From positions 5,270,001 to 5,334,000 of the forward strand of contig NC_047068.1 in NCBI RefSeq assembly GCF_902459465.1: DNA of 64,000 bases. Reading direction: 5' to 3'. Below, in pieces: positions 23,564-35,940 of this stretch. Made by a program: the position numbers and the translations under genes. Source of the DNA: Asterias rubens. Taxonomy: Eukaryota. Position 1 is the stretch's first letter. Each line of letters begins with the position of its first letter. Under the pieces are notes generated by a model, which saw nothing but the letters and a program-made list of their open reading frames with translations, ran no database searches and had not been told where the DNA came from.

Positions 23564-23870
23564 TTGAATAAACCAATCGGCTCTCACAAAGCCATCACCT
23601 CATGTTTTCAAGAAGAGACAATTACAATGGTGTATCACTCAAGACTAAAGGGATCAGTTAATTGATGTAATAACAATAATGATGTAGTATTAATGATGTT
23701 CATGCTTGAATATGTTTTATCAGCACTGCAAGCTAAAAAATAAACTGCACATGTACAAAAAGCCAAGATTCACTCAACTTCTTCAAGCAACTTGACCTTA
23801 ACCAACCCACCCCCTTCAAAGTGAACCCTAACCCCCAACCGTTCAAAATTAACATTAATTTGTGAAGCTT
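23564..23870 (+). mobile_element. Diverged third copy of the array-hosting element head, without an expanded array
   Basis: TTGAATAAACCAATCGGCTC...GAGACAATTACAATGGTGTATC...CAGCACTGCAAGCTAA match; followed only by degenerate CCTTAACCAACCC and AACCCTAACCC units. Confidence 0.65.
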
Positions 23871-24005
23871 CATTAAAGACGAAATACATACTATGGTTTT
23901 GAATTCTCCGAACTTACCATTATATTTCTTACAATCCAATCTACCCAAATCGCCCCATGTCCTTCTTTAAAAAATGAAACCCCAAATAGACTGAATGAAC
24001 CCAGG

Positions 24006-24660
24006 CAGTGGCGTAACTAAGGGGTGGGGCACGGGGGCACCCATTTGATGTCGGTGCCCCCCCCCCGGGTGCCCCGGAGATTGTCAAACTCTTGAGGCAT
24101 GAGAGAGCGAGCATCTAAAATATCTGCTATTCTGCTTCATTTGAGACATTACTTTATTCTTCAGTGTATAGGGTAGGTCCAATATTATAGCTTTTTAATG
24201 TAATAATCTAAATTCTAACCGCTTAGCTTCTTAGACTTGCTTCGAGAGGAATGTACTAATAAACGTGGGTGTTCTGAAGGTCCTTGTTCAACCTCAGCGT
24301 GATCGGACAAACACATATCAAAACGCTCATTTGCTCCGACATTATTTCTGCATTGAGAAATGTGGTGTGTCTGAAGCTACTGGTTGAATCCCAGCGTGAT
24401 CGCAGCCCAATTTTCAAACCACTCCTTGATCTGATATTAATTCTGTGTTCTGAATCAAGGGTGGATACGGGGGGGGGGGGGGGGGTGGGTGCCAACCAAC
24501 CCGTCATTGCTTTGGTGATAACTCAACTGTTTTCCCTTGCATTTTGAAAGAATCTGATACTGCACCACGTCTTAAGAAATGAAAATTTAAGTATTGCCCA
24601 AATAAAAAATGCCCTAATTTAAGGTTTTTTGTTCAGTTTCTTTCATCAGTTATGCCTCTA
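24006..24660. mobile_element. Possible old hAT-like MITE
   Basis: Left end CAGTGGCGTAACT and a weak inverted match AGTTATGCCTCTA at 24648-24660; no 8-bp TSD found. Confidence 0.3.
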
Positions 24661-25330
24661 AGTGGCCTGAGATTGCACAACATAGCTTCTAGAATGTACA
24701 AGTTTTCGTGTGCTGAACCCAGGTGACGTCTTACAATAAAACCACGTGTTTTCATCCTTTAATGGTTTACAGGAACTCCGCTGCCACATTGTCTGAGCTA
24801 CCTTCAAAACAATCGGCACCAGAGGGCGGAATTCTCCCTGAGGATGATTGTTTTTTTCCTCACACACGTAACAGCAGGATCTACCCAGACTTGATTCAAG
24901 TCCCGTTCTCGTGTGGAAGGTCCCTAAGCATACCCGCCACCGTCAATGCAGCTATCGTGGTCCCGAGAATGAACAGGTTTAGGAATGCAGAGCATCACAA
25001 AGAAAGTTTTCTGAGATTGGCACGGGATACGGACATGAGTCAAGACTAGGATCTGAATCTACCAAGCAGTTGGCCATGCAATACATGAGTGTTGCAAACA
25101 AACACACGAAAAAAACAACAACAACCCCAATACCCCAACAAACAAACTAACCCAACGCTCAAAAACACAACATGACACTGCCAGAACAGAATGCTAAATA
25201 TATAATGACAACCTAAATGCAAAGGATTGACTCTAAAGTTTGGAAAACATGTAATTAATTATACCATCATTGTGAAGCTGCCGGATAGTCAATGGCCTGA
25301 CGTTTCGACATAAAAAATAAATATATTTAA

Positions 25331-25688
25331 AGGCAGTGGACACTATTGGTAATTACTCAAAATAATTATCATCATAAAACCTAATTTGGTAACGAGTAAT
25401 GGGGAGATGTTGATAGTATAAAACAAAGTGACGTAGTTTTCGAGAAAGAAGTAATTTTCCACGAATTTGATATCGAGACCTCAAGTTTAGAATTCGAGGT
25501 CTCGAAATCAAGCATCTGAAAGTACACAATTTCGTGTGACAAAGGTTATTTCTTTTCTTCCATAGCTATCTCGCAACTCCGACGACCAATCAAGCTCAAA
25601 TTTTCACAGGTTTGTTATTTTATGTGTATGTTGAGATCACCATCTGAGAAGACTGGTCTTTGACAATTACCAACAAAGTCCGGTGTCT
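25331..25688. mobile_element. Kolobok-like MITE, subfamily A
   Basis: TTAA|AGGCAGTGGACAC ... GTCCGGTGTCT|TTAA. Confidence 0.8.
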
Positions 25689-27340
25689 TTAATACGCTCA
25701 TCAGTATTCACGGTAACCCTAACATACCCCCATTTGAGTGCCCCTTTAAACCCCATTGGTTATGATAATAATCCAAACCACTCGAAAACATCGTTGACTA
25801 CCCAACTGCCACCTAGCAACGAACCCAAGTTCATTCTCCTAACAACAAGTCATTCACATTAATGTTTACCCAGATTTATAATGAATACAATCCGATGAGA
25901 TAAACATCGATAGTCTTACACGACTGATTTGTCATCCATTGTTGACCCAACATTATGCTTCTGTAAATAATCCCTCAAACGTTGTCAAAAAAGTAACTGC
26001 TCTTTTATCCTGTTTAATCTTGCTAATCCCCGCCCAGTGTAGAGACTACGACAACACCTGATCAATCAGATTTATATTCAACGGCTAATCCATGCAGTGC
26101 ACTCTGGAACTAAAGTGACCGGGGAGCGTGGGGGACAAACCACTGAGGTCTATTTCTATGTGAACTTTCTCATTTAAGACGAAAAAACAAATATTGAAAA
26201 CAGGAAGAGACTTATATTCTTCACAAACTAACCGATAGTGTAACATTGCATTCAAGCCTTTCCATCAGTACGCAACACACCGGTGCGAGGGGTTTAAAAC
26301 CAACAAAAAAGCTACCGGGGGCAAAGTGTTAAAAGACCGAGGTAAATAGAGACCGGGACGCAGTTGGACAAATCCTTCCGGTAAATATGCACAAGTGTTT
26401 GCTCCATTGAGAACATAATAACCACAGACATAGAGCTGTCTTTACTCTATGCCACAGAGCATTGCAGTATCAAGGATCCACAGCATATACATCAAGTCAT
26501 GGTGTTTTTATAAATTGATTTGGAGATAATAACTTTGTAACGTAACACTTGATTTAATATTAGCCGAGTGTGGAATCAATGAAACATCATCTTGCTATTT
26601 GTTGTGAGCACCGTCGCGTCGGCTAAGGGGGAAACACAACCGACTGACGGGGCGATGTGATTCGACAGCCCCCACGGGATCTATGAATATAACGCAGTCA
26701 TTAGTGTCACTTGTCGTCAACCATCGAAGATTATTCTCAAATCTTCTAACATTACAACAGGTTGCTAAACCAATACGTTTCTCCAAGGCTTTGCGACATC
26801 ATGTGACTTGACTCTTCGACAGCAGGTGAGCGAGATTGCTTTGCGACTCTTCAAGGGATACACATTGTAGACCTATAAGAATAGTAACCTAATGTACATT
26901 ACATATTTGAGGGACGACTGGACACAATACACCGGTGCTCGGTCTGATCCATGTGTGAGGTTACGTTGCTTAGAGACCAATGCCAGAGACAGCACAGGAA
27001 ATAGCCGTTTGACTTTATGATTATACATGTCTAATTACAAAGACAATCTACGTGATGTACATGTGATCACATTTTGAGCTGTAGTCGTGTGTATAGATCA
27101 ACAGTGAGATGAAGTAAGTGGGAAACATTAATGTGGATGAATCAACTAAACGATCATCATAACTGAACAAATTGGCACACAGTGAACCAATCAAGAACAT
27201 AGACGAGTACAGTCAAAAGTGCTAATGCACTCCTGCACTGATTGGAAATAATAGAGCTGACCGTTACTCGTTGTGGGATGTAGCTTTCCATCCGTCAATA
27301 CCAGCGATATTTCAACGATATAATTAAATCCACAGCTGCC

Positions 27341-29287
27341 ATGAGTACCAAGCCTAGCCCCCGTCCAGCGACCCGATACGCACGGCCGATAGTTAGCGTC
27401 AAACATCGTTTCCTAGCTTGGGACAAACCTCAATTCGTTGTTGAGAACTCCTCTAGAGACATCGGATTCAGTCCTACTCCCTCGAACTCATCTAGGAACT
27501 CTAAAGCACGTAATGTGAAGCTCACAGTAACCAGGAGTGCTGATCGAGTCATACGTGGTCGGGGTGCAATCACAGATGAAAAGTTTGGTCCTTCCACTTT
27601 GCCAAAGAGGAATTCTGCCAATAACCAATCACATTCTAAACCAGTGATTATCAATGATCTGTGGAAGCCATTGAGCTCTCCCCATCCTGTAAGTCATGTA
27701 AAAACGACTGGAGACAACGACTACGTAGTTAGATCCCATCTGACCTCAGAACCCTCGCGGCCAATGTCTGGTTTTGAGAAGTTCAACGCCAGAACTGAAG
27801 CTCAACTCCTGCTTCGAAACCCTCGATCCACCCTCCAACAGTTTCTCCGAAGCCCCGCCGCCAGAACCGCTGAGAGAAATGACAGTGGGAGTCCATATCA
27901 CCATGGTAACCAACATAGCAACAGAATCGGACACGTAGCTGGATATCAGATATATGGTAAAAACGCGCCAAAATCAACCGTCTATAATTTGAATGAACAC
28001 ATTGTTTCCGAAACAGACATGTCGAGTCTGTCGTTCGTTTCTAGTGAGCAAAATAAGGAAAGCTTGGAGAACGTTTCAAGTCCCGATTTGATTTTTGATT
28101 GCAAGCAGAATTGCACAAAGACTGAAAGCAGGTATGTCGAAAGTGTTGTCAACAACAGGAACACTGATATGTCGACTGTCTTGGATACTAAATCACACCG
28201 ACAGGTTGCCAAACAAATCAAAAGGGTTTCTTTTCGAAAAATGTACCAAGGAAAGAGTGTCGACAGGACTGCAATAAACATGCCTTCCTCCGAGGACGAA
28301 GTCGACACTTACACACCAATACGGGTTAGTGTAACGGTCCCATATTCAGCTTGTCGATCAGACGGGGATTTGTCATCGCCAATATCCGTGGATGAAATCA
28401 GCGTAGTTGGACGGGAGAATGGCGTCGAAGAGACAACCAATGACTGTTCTATGTGTCCCATGTGTCGAGCACAAGCTGCGACCAAAGAAGGTGTGTCGGC
28501 CAGATTAGTGCACTCCGAGCATCAGGAAACAGCGACAATTGACAACACAGATGAGACTTCAGTCGACATACTGACAAAGACTGAAAACGCAACGATGAGA
28601 CAAGAAAATGTGACTGGAGGTTTCAAATGTCAAACCACGCAAAGCCAAAGTGACCCGAACCCGGCGTCTTCAAATGAGTCGTCTTCAATCCCGTCTAACA
28701 ACAAACCTGCAACAATTGATTCTTATGGTGAGAAGCTTGAACCCTTGAGCGATAAAAAAGTATCACCCCGCGCAAAACAGTACCATGCTGGACTGGGCAT
28801 ATCAAAGTTTGATTCAAAATCTCTAATCAACCATCAAAACTACACTCCGTATCGTCACAAAGATACTGTACCGAAGAAACGCAATCCAGCAATGGTAGTA
28901 AATGGTAACGGTCTAGCCCGTTCAAACGACCTGGAACGCTACCGTCCAAGCCCTCTACATTCCCGTAGATGGTTCGTAGACGCAGCTCGTCCACTTCCCC
29001 ACTCCAGCCTCAGGAACACCGACCCTGCGTCACAAATCCCTCTACACCTGTCTGTAGAGAGCCTATCCAATAACCACCGAGTGCCTCTTCTCATATGGAA
29101 GAAGATGCAGCAAAGGGAGGGTTTAGTGCCACCACATTATGGAAACACCAGAGCGAGGCTGGGAGGAAACAATGACGGTATGACAATGAATTCAGTTGGG
29201 CATAATCAAATGATGATTCACATCCCAACTGCTGAATACCAGCGGGATGAAATGGACTGTCCCCCGAACACCCCGATACCAGAGTGA
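27341..29287 (+). CDS. Uncharacterised 648-aa Ser/Thr/Arg-rich, probably disordered protein, single coding exon, C-terminal CPPNTP
   Basis: 1.9-kb open frame with higher GC than the flanks. Acceptor-like CCACAG| lies 5 nt before GCCATG. Internal CSMCPMC and KRVSF. No recognisable domain. Confidence 0.8.
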   Translation: MSTKPSPRPATRYARPIVSVKHRFLAWDKPQFVVENSSRDIGFSPTPSNSSRNSKARNVKLTVTRSADRVIRGRGAITDEKFGPSTLPKRNSANNQSHSKPVIINDLWKPLSSPHPVSHVKTTGDNDYVVRSHLTSEPSRPMSGFEKFNARTEAQLLLRNPRSTLQQFLRSPAARTAERNDSGSPYHHGNQHSNRIGHVAGYQIYGKNAPKSTVYNLNEHIVSETDMSSLSFVSSEQNKESLENVSSPDLIFDCKQNCTKTESRYVESVVNNRNTDMSTVLDTKSHRQVAKQIKRVSFRKMYQGKSVDRTAINMPSSEDEVDTYTPIRVSVTVPYSACRSDGDLSSPISVDEISVVGRENGVEETTNDCSMCPMCRAQAATKEGVSARLVHSEHQETATIDNTDETSVDILTKTENATMRQENVTGGFKCQTTQSQSDPNPASSNESSSIPSNNKPATIDSYGEKLEPLSDKKVSPRAKQYHAGLGISKFDSKSLINHQNYTPYRHKDTVPKKRNPAMVVNGNGLARSNDLERYRPSPLHSRRWFVDAARPLPHSSLRNTDPASQIPLHLSVESLSNNHRVPLLIWKKMQQREGLVPPHYGNTRARLGGNNDGMTMNSVGHNQMMIHIPTAEYQRDEMDCPPNTPIPE

Positions 29288-29350
29288 ATGACCACCCGTG
29301 TCAGCTACAAAAACATTTCCATGGACAATTTAAAGGCAAAGAGTAACTCT

Positions 29351-29592
29351 ATATGAATATTAGACTTGCGGGTAAAGCCATGTGTAAAATCTTTTTTTGA
29401 GGGAGTGTTGGCTCTGAAAGAACCGGTTTGGTCTTGACGTTTCGAACAGTATACTCTGCTCGTCTTCAGGAGAAATGAAGAGCAGAGTATACTGTTTTAA
29501 ACGCCGAGACCCAAACGGTTCTTTTCACAGCAAACACTCCCTCAAAAGAGATTTTACACATGGCTTTACCCGCAAGTTTACTCTATTCATAT
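29351..29592. mobile_element. Fold-back (palindromic) Penelope-type element with hammerhead motif
   Basis: Arms of about 118 bp (29351-29468 and 29476-29592) are imperfect reverse complements around a 7-nt spacer. The minus strand carries CTGAAGA...GAAAC-GTC. Confidence 0.75.
29431..29474 (-). ncRNA. Minimal type-I hammerhead ribozyme motif, weakened stem I
   Basis: CTGAAGA-C-GAGCAG-agtata-CTGTTC-GAAAC-GTC-AAGAC; core and stem II intact, stem I only about 3 bp. Confidence 0.55.
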
Positions 29593-29655
29593 TTATATTT
29601 TTAGTTTCCTCTTAGTCTTCACACCATGCGTAGCTTCAAACACCATTCAATTTAA

Positions 29656-29990
29656 AGGCACTTCTTGACACTATTGGTAAATACTCCAAAACAACCGCTA
29701 TAGCATAAAAACTAACTTGGTAACGAGCAATTAACGGAGAGCTGTTGATAGTATAAAACATTGTGAGAAACGGCTTCCTCTGAAGTGGAGTAGTTTTTGA
29801 GAAAGAGGTAACTTCTCACTCAAATATTAAAAGACTTCAGCTGAAGCCTTTTAAATAGAAAGGGTGTTTTTTCTTTCATTGTTCTCTTGCAAATTAATTG
29901 ACCAATTGAGCCAAAATTTTCACAGATTTGTTATTTTATGCATATGTTGGGATAAAGTAAGTGAGAATACTGGTATTTGACAATTACCAA
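29656..29990. mobile_element. Kolobok-like MITE, subfamily A (right end decayed)
   Basis: TTAA|AGGCAC...GACACTATTGGTAA; internal homology to the other copies. Confidence 0.7.
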
Positions 29991-32934
29991 CTACAAAAAG
30001 ACAAGTTTGTATTTGGAGCATACAGGCTTATAGATGCACAATGTGCGTGAATATGTACCATGAACTATCTTTCCAATGGCCTATAATGATTTTGAATTTA
30101 TTATCACATTTTTTTACTACAAATTTTACTTTACAAAGTTTGATTTTTTACAATGATCGAAAAACGAAATGCACAAAAATGCTTGTTTAAATTGCAAGCT
30201 ACATGTCAGTCTAATATAGGATGAGGTATAGGAAGTGGGCATGCTATATAGGGCCTACGGCCATGTCCGAAGTAGCGGCTTTTGGATGTGGCTATGGCTG
30301 CCCTTAGCGTTACCCTAATAGCAACAACCGGAGCCAACCATCGGTCACGGGCTTAATTGCACCTATCAAATGTTAGGTCAGTTTTTGGCCAGTTTGACTC
30401 AACAAATTTGATTGAACTTTTGTTTAAGATTTTAGGAAATTATAAGCGTTTGGTATTGCACGGAAAACGTCAGTGATAAGTGTTAGCTTCACTAAAACTA
30501 CAAACAACCAATGTCGAGATCCTGACATTGTCTCACATTTAGGTCCGGGCTACATTTAGGGCTCGGGCTACATTACGGTGCCGCACACACGTCCAACAGC
30601 CATGTAAAAAAAACAATGTTGCATGTACATGTCTTGTGTGCATTTTTATGTTTGTTAATCGTTTAGAAACAGCATCACTTTTCAAAATTCGTTCAGAGAA
30701 AAAAGTGTACAATGATTTGGGCTATGCAACTGTCTCAAACTATGGTTTGTGACCCACAATATTGGGTACGAGATTAATTTTTTAATTTGTTTTGTTTAGT
30801 GGGAAACATGATAGTTCCCTAAGTTTTCAGTTAAACACAATTATATATAACGAAAAACATAATAATAATATACTCCCCATAACATAATCCTGTTTTAACG
30901 AAATTACCTCTCTGCAGCGGGGGTTTCAAACGGCGCTGGCCGGTTTAAACCTCCGCTGGCACGGGGATGGTTTACGGTTGAGTCCCGGAATATTTCATTT
31001 GGCTGCCGGAAAAAAAAAAGGGTTTTGTTTTGCAAACCGCAGTGTTTAGGGTACAAATAAACGAATCAGAGGCAATATACTCTGGGTAAACCAAAGCTTG
31101 AAACCTTTTTATAAATAAATAATTCACCTGACTTATAATGTTCCTTAGATCACATTTTTGAACATTTATTTTTATAATATAGCTGTTTGATGCAATAAAC
31201 TTGCAAAGATGAGCATGGGTGCAGTTCGTAGTAATAGGAGATTCGTCGTTAATTTTGTTGGGTTTAGTTTGTTGTGGTTTACGAGTAATTACGAAGTTTG
31301 TTAGTGACTCTTGCTGCAGACAAATCTCTTGTTACGCCGTTCATGTTTCAAAACCCGGCCCTTCAGTACTAAATAATCAAATAATCGCTAAAAAAACTGT
31401 TTAGAAAGCTAATGGTGTTGTAACAGCAAACCCATAGCAAAGCTATTGTACATTTTACGTTATTACTTCTGGTTTTTTTTGTTTCAGTCTGCAGAAAATA
31501 AGAAACGCTGTGTTTAAATTATTCTGTTAATAGTTTCTCGTTGGCACTACTTGTGTGTATCTGGGTATCGGAATCAGTAAGCGATACATGCTGTTGCTAG
31601 GCAAAAGTGTCACATCATTGAGCGGGAACTTTATCAAACAATAGAGGGCATTCTTGTCGCAAGAGTTCGATATCAGGTACGCATCACTGACTGTGTTAAT
31701 TTAAAGGTAAACCAAACCATGTGTTTGAGAGCAAACACAAACAAAGGAGTTGGTTTATTTTGGAACATAGTTTGATCCATTACAATATTTGTTGTTAAAG
31801 TCAGATGTATCTTCCACTAAGTATCTGCAAATATTCCCTTTAGACGGAGGGGGTCTTTGTGTGTCAGACATAATTACTCGTAACAATGAATGGGGCTGCA
31901 TCTGAATTGGCGGCTTCGGCTAAAGCTACAACTGTTGCTAAGTGTGTTGCTAAGGACGTCTTACTTCAACGCATATCGCAGAGATCCAGCCGTTGTCGTA
32001 TCTGTGGATACGGAGCGGAACCCAAGTTTAATAGCGCCCTCTTTGGGCTTTGAACTTTGCAGAGACACTGTCCAACTATAGCCTTTTATATCTAGCAGGA
32101 ATAACTTTCATTCCTCTATGCAATAGCTCTTGGTCCACCTCTGATATATTTTTTGGTTTCACATTAACAGTATTTTAACATGAATAAAGTGAGGCAAACA
32201 GACAAGATTGAATGAACTTGAATGGACATTATACACGGATGATGTACTGCCTTATTAGTATCCGATGAAGTGTTCTACCAATTTAATATGGGTGCACCAC
32301 AATAAACTATCTCCTAGCAACCAATGCTAAATGATCAATATTCGAAAATAATCAACAGATATTTAAAGTCTCGCAGCCTTGTTCTTGAAAACGAAAGAAA
32401 CCTAACCTATTTTCGTACAACTAAACTTCAGATTGCTTTTTTAAGTTTTGGGTAAGTCAGCTATTTAGAGTTTCGCTAATTACTTCTAAAAGAAACACCG
32501 AAAATATGAATTGCCCAAACCGATTTGCTGCCAGTTTACTTGAGACATTAATCCACTTCACAAGCCAAATAGGACCAACTTTAAAGCCTAAATTTATCCA
32601 GTCTCCTCAAACGTTGGTGTGGTGCACCCGCTGCCTGTTAAAGTTATTGTGCCACAGCGCCCTCTTTGTTCAATATACTCCAGAGAAAATACCTGCTCCG
32701 ACAACAAACCATTATGGAACCCCACACTTCAGCATGGAGCTGACTAAAATATAATTCAATATTTTTTTTATAAACTAGACAGTCCTATTTGTTCAACTTA
32801 GGGATGCTAAATTCTATATTAAGATGGTAATTATAGGAGATATTATAATGAAACATTCCCGCACCTAAACAGGCTAGGATGAGTGATGTTTGGAGCTTTG
32901 CATGAGGTGGAAAATAAGAAGTTATCATTGCTAT

Positions 32935-33120
32935 AGTAAACTTGCGAGTACAACCATGTGTAAATCTCTTTTTCTATTGAAAAGTGTTCGCTCGGAGAGG
33001 TGCAGTTGTGGTCTCGAAGTTTGGAACAATAGTCTTTGCTTGTCTTCTGAAGACCAACATAGTAGACACCGAAACGTTGAGACCACACTGGCTCCCCTCA
33101 GAGCAAAGCAACACGCCTCC
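32935..33120. mobile_element. Fold-back hammerhead-family element, decayed, cut by a MITE
   Basis: Homologous to 29351-29592 (AAACTTGCG.GTA.AACCATGTGTAAATC). Plus strand GTCTT-CTGAAGA...GAAAC-GTT-GAGAC at 33042-33083 has an unpaired stem II. Confidence 0.65.
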
Positions 33121-33124
33121 TTAA

Positions 33125-33481
33125 AGACATTGGACACTATTGGTAAATGTCAACGACCAGTCTTCTCACATTGTGTATCTGTACATATGCATATAATAAC
33201 AAACCTGTGAAAATTTGAGCTTAATTGGTCGTCGATGTTGCGAGATTAGTGAAAGAAAAAACAACCTTGTCAAACGAAGTTGTGTGCTTTCAGATGCTTG
33301 ATTTCGAGACATAAAATTCTAAATCTGAGGTCTCGAAATCAAATTCGTGTAAAATTACTTCTTTTTCGAAAACTACGTTTCTAACAGTGTTTTATACCAT
33401 CAACAGCTCGCCATTACTCGTTACCAAATAAGATTTTATGCTAATAATTATTTTGTGTAATGACCAATACTGCCACTGCCT
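33125..33481. mobile_element. Kolobok-like MITE, subfamily A
   Basis: TTAA|AGACATTGGACAC ... CCACTGCCT|TTAA. Confidence 0.8.
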
Positions 33482-34893
33482 TTAAAGGGACTTTCACATG
33501 GTTACCTGCAAGTTTACTAGTTTTAATGGATTACTTGTTAGACTTGAAGAGGGCAGTTATTTGGACCGGGGGATTAAATTATAGTTTTTAGTATTTCATT
33601 TAGTAACTTATGTCTCTTTCCTTACTTTGTTATTTAATTATTACTTCATGAACTTAGCAACAGTTTGCATTATAAAAAAACAAGTAAGACAAAAATTCAG
33701 AAATTTATAATATTGCCATAAGGTGTCCATTGGTTTTACCTGTCAAACTCTGCTGTGTATGTGTTGCCAGATTTTACGCGATACGACCTAGTGCATGCAA
33801 CCACACAATGTTTAGCCGATCTTTCTGCACAATTATATAAGTTCGGTGCGCCAACGTTCACATTAATGGAGTAAAAATGTCTGCATATATAAGGTTTTAC
33901 AAAAGGGGCAATTTTAGTTTCATAATGGACTGATTTCTCACCCCTGTGTTCCGACACCCCTCTATATTTTCTTAAATTTTAACCCTATTCCTAACCCTAT
34001 CATAGCTCCAACTCTAGTATGTTAATCGTCGTTTTTTTTAAACATGCTTGTCAGGAATATAGAGCAGTAACTGATTTTCCATAGAGTGAGTCCTTATGAC
34101 ACTAACAAGAACATTACAAGTCTCTATCCAACCCATAGACTCACGCTAAAACGGCGGTAAAAATGACATTGTACTTGAGGATTCTTTCTGAGGGAAATTT
34201 GAAACATGACGATATTGAGTAAGTTCGGGTGAGCGACTAGACTTGACCAGCAACTGTGAGGTACATGTAGCTCTTGAATTGAGCATAGTCGACCATGCGA
34301 GTCCAGTGCATGGTTCGATGTAGTCAATCTCCCTGTGCTCGATGGTTTCTGGTTAATCTCAGTCGGTTTAGTCAAGTATAGTCGCAACCCGAACTTGCTC
34401 CTAGATTTCAACAAAAATGGATTCATGTTATTCTAAGGAAAACGTTTTCATCAGCCAAAAGGTCAAAATCAATGCCATTTTGATTGTATGCTGGCCTGGA
34501 CTTACATACAGGCCAGAAGCACAGAAGCCATGCCCTATGTTGCCCTTGCATTGGCCTGCGTGTCTCTTCAAAAGTTTCCCATAGACCAAACGTTCATAGG
34601 ACCAAACGTTGAACACCCAGCAGGGTGGATATTATTATTATTATAGGAAATGGCGTAGTCCTTTCAAAGATCAAATTCTAGGCATGTGAACATCATACAA
34701 AGTTATGAATGAACAACAAAATTTACATGAATGCACAGACGAATGTGTTTGAAATGTAACATCATTGGATGTATTTGATGTTGGCACATTTCACTGGAAG
34801 TGTGTCAACTTGTAAAAAAAATTCTACTTTCGGTTGGGTAATGTGTAGGCTACAGTAATGTTCTTAAAGTGCCTCTTTGGGTGATTGTTAATG

Positions 34894-35940
34894 TCAAATA
34901 TCCTCGTCGTATGTTGTCATGTCGTGAGGAGTATTCGGCGGGCAAATATGTCCGTACATGGATGGTTCATAACCGAGACACATCGGGCAGTCTACACTAT
35001 GCACCGTACTCATGCCGTCAGATTGAGCGCTACGCCCGCTGCCTTCACCGGGCGTGCTTCGGCTCGATTTATCTAAGATGTCCCCGGCCGTTACATCGGC
35101 ACCTGATCTGCTACGTAATTCTCGAATAATGTCTTCGGATGTATTGTAAGTCAGCTCAAAATCAAACTCATCGCTACGTGTTGAGCCACTGCGTTTGTGT
35201 TTTCTCCTCCAGGTGTCTTCAAGACTGTGATGCCGTCTGTCTCTCCAAGACGATCGGTGAAGACGATCATTCAAACGTTGGTTTCTCCTCTCAGTAGAAG
35301 TTGGTTCTTGTGGCACGGTGGTCTCTGATCTCTTGACGGCCAACCGGCGGATGATGACCCGTTCTCTAGACGAGACAGCCCCCATGTTTACTGCTCGGTG
35401 TGACCGGAAGGTATTCACGGCATCTGCAATGCTAGAGTTGATTGGTGCACCGTTTGAATAACGCATCTTTGGAACTGGTCTGGGTTCCATGGAGCTGAGT
35501 AGAGCCTGACCACGATTTGAGGTATTCCTACCAACTTTCCCAATGCGTAGAGAATCTACAAACTCTGTAGATATCTCTTTATCTTCGTCAACAGACTGTC
35601 CATTCGAAGCATCATTGGCATCTAACATCCAACGATCTCTGTGATGTGTATTCTGTGACTCAACATCCTTGTTCTTGTCCCCTTTTCTTAACGAGGAAGT
35701 TTTTGTACTAATGTCAGTTTGAAGTTCTCTGCCGGTTTGTTGTTTGCGTCCATTTTGTTTTTGTCTCACATCCACAGTTAGACCACATTCCTCCACGCGT
35801 ATCTGAGGTAAGCGTGCTGACCTCCTAGTGCACCTTAACCTCTCACTGCTAGGTTTCTCTTCTTCCGTCACTTTGTCAGAGTGGTTAGTTTTACTAGACA
35901 GAAACACTGGTGTGGTTTTGAAGTTCATACCAAAAGTCAT
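34894..35940 (-). CDS. Uncharacterised 348-aa Arg/Ser-rich protein with C-terminal HSVDCPxC...ICPPNTP motif
   Basis: 1047-nt ORF with GC above the flanks; the C-terminal motif is shared with the ORF at 50504. Confidence 0.8.
   Translation of the reverse strand: MTFGMNFKTTPVFLSSKTNHSDKVTEEEKPSSERLRCTRRSARLPQIRVEECGLTVDVRQKQNGRKQQTGRELQTDISTKTSSLRKGDKNKDVESQNTHHRDRWMLDANDASNGQSVDEDKEISTEFVDSLRIGKVGRNTSNRGQALLSSMEPRPVPKMRYSNGAPINSSIADAVNTFRSHRAVNMGAVSSRERVIIRRLAVKRSETTVPQEPTSTERRNQRLNDRLHRSSWRDRRHHSLEDTWRRKHKRSGSTRSDEFDFELTYNTSEDIIRELRSRSGADVTAGDILDKSSRSTPGEGSGRSAQSDGMSTVHSVDCPMCLGYEPSMYGHICPPNTPHDMTTYDEDI

Noticed and set aside
24723-25049. 108-aa ORF with a possible acceptor at 24772, candidate terminal exon
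   Set aside because: No recognisable domain and no compatible phase-2 upstream exon found. It remains possible but is unsupported.
34124-34426. 100-aa minus-strand ORF downstream of the 348-aa gene
   Set aside because: No motif or splice support; could be 3' UTR.
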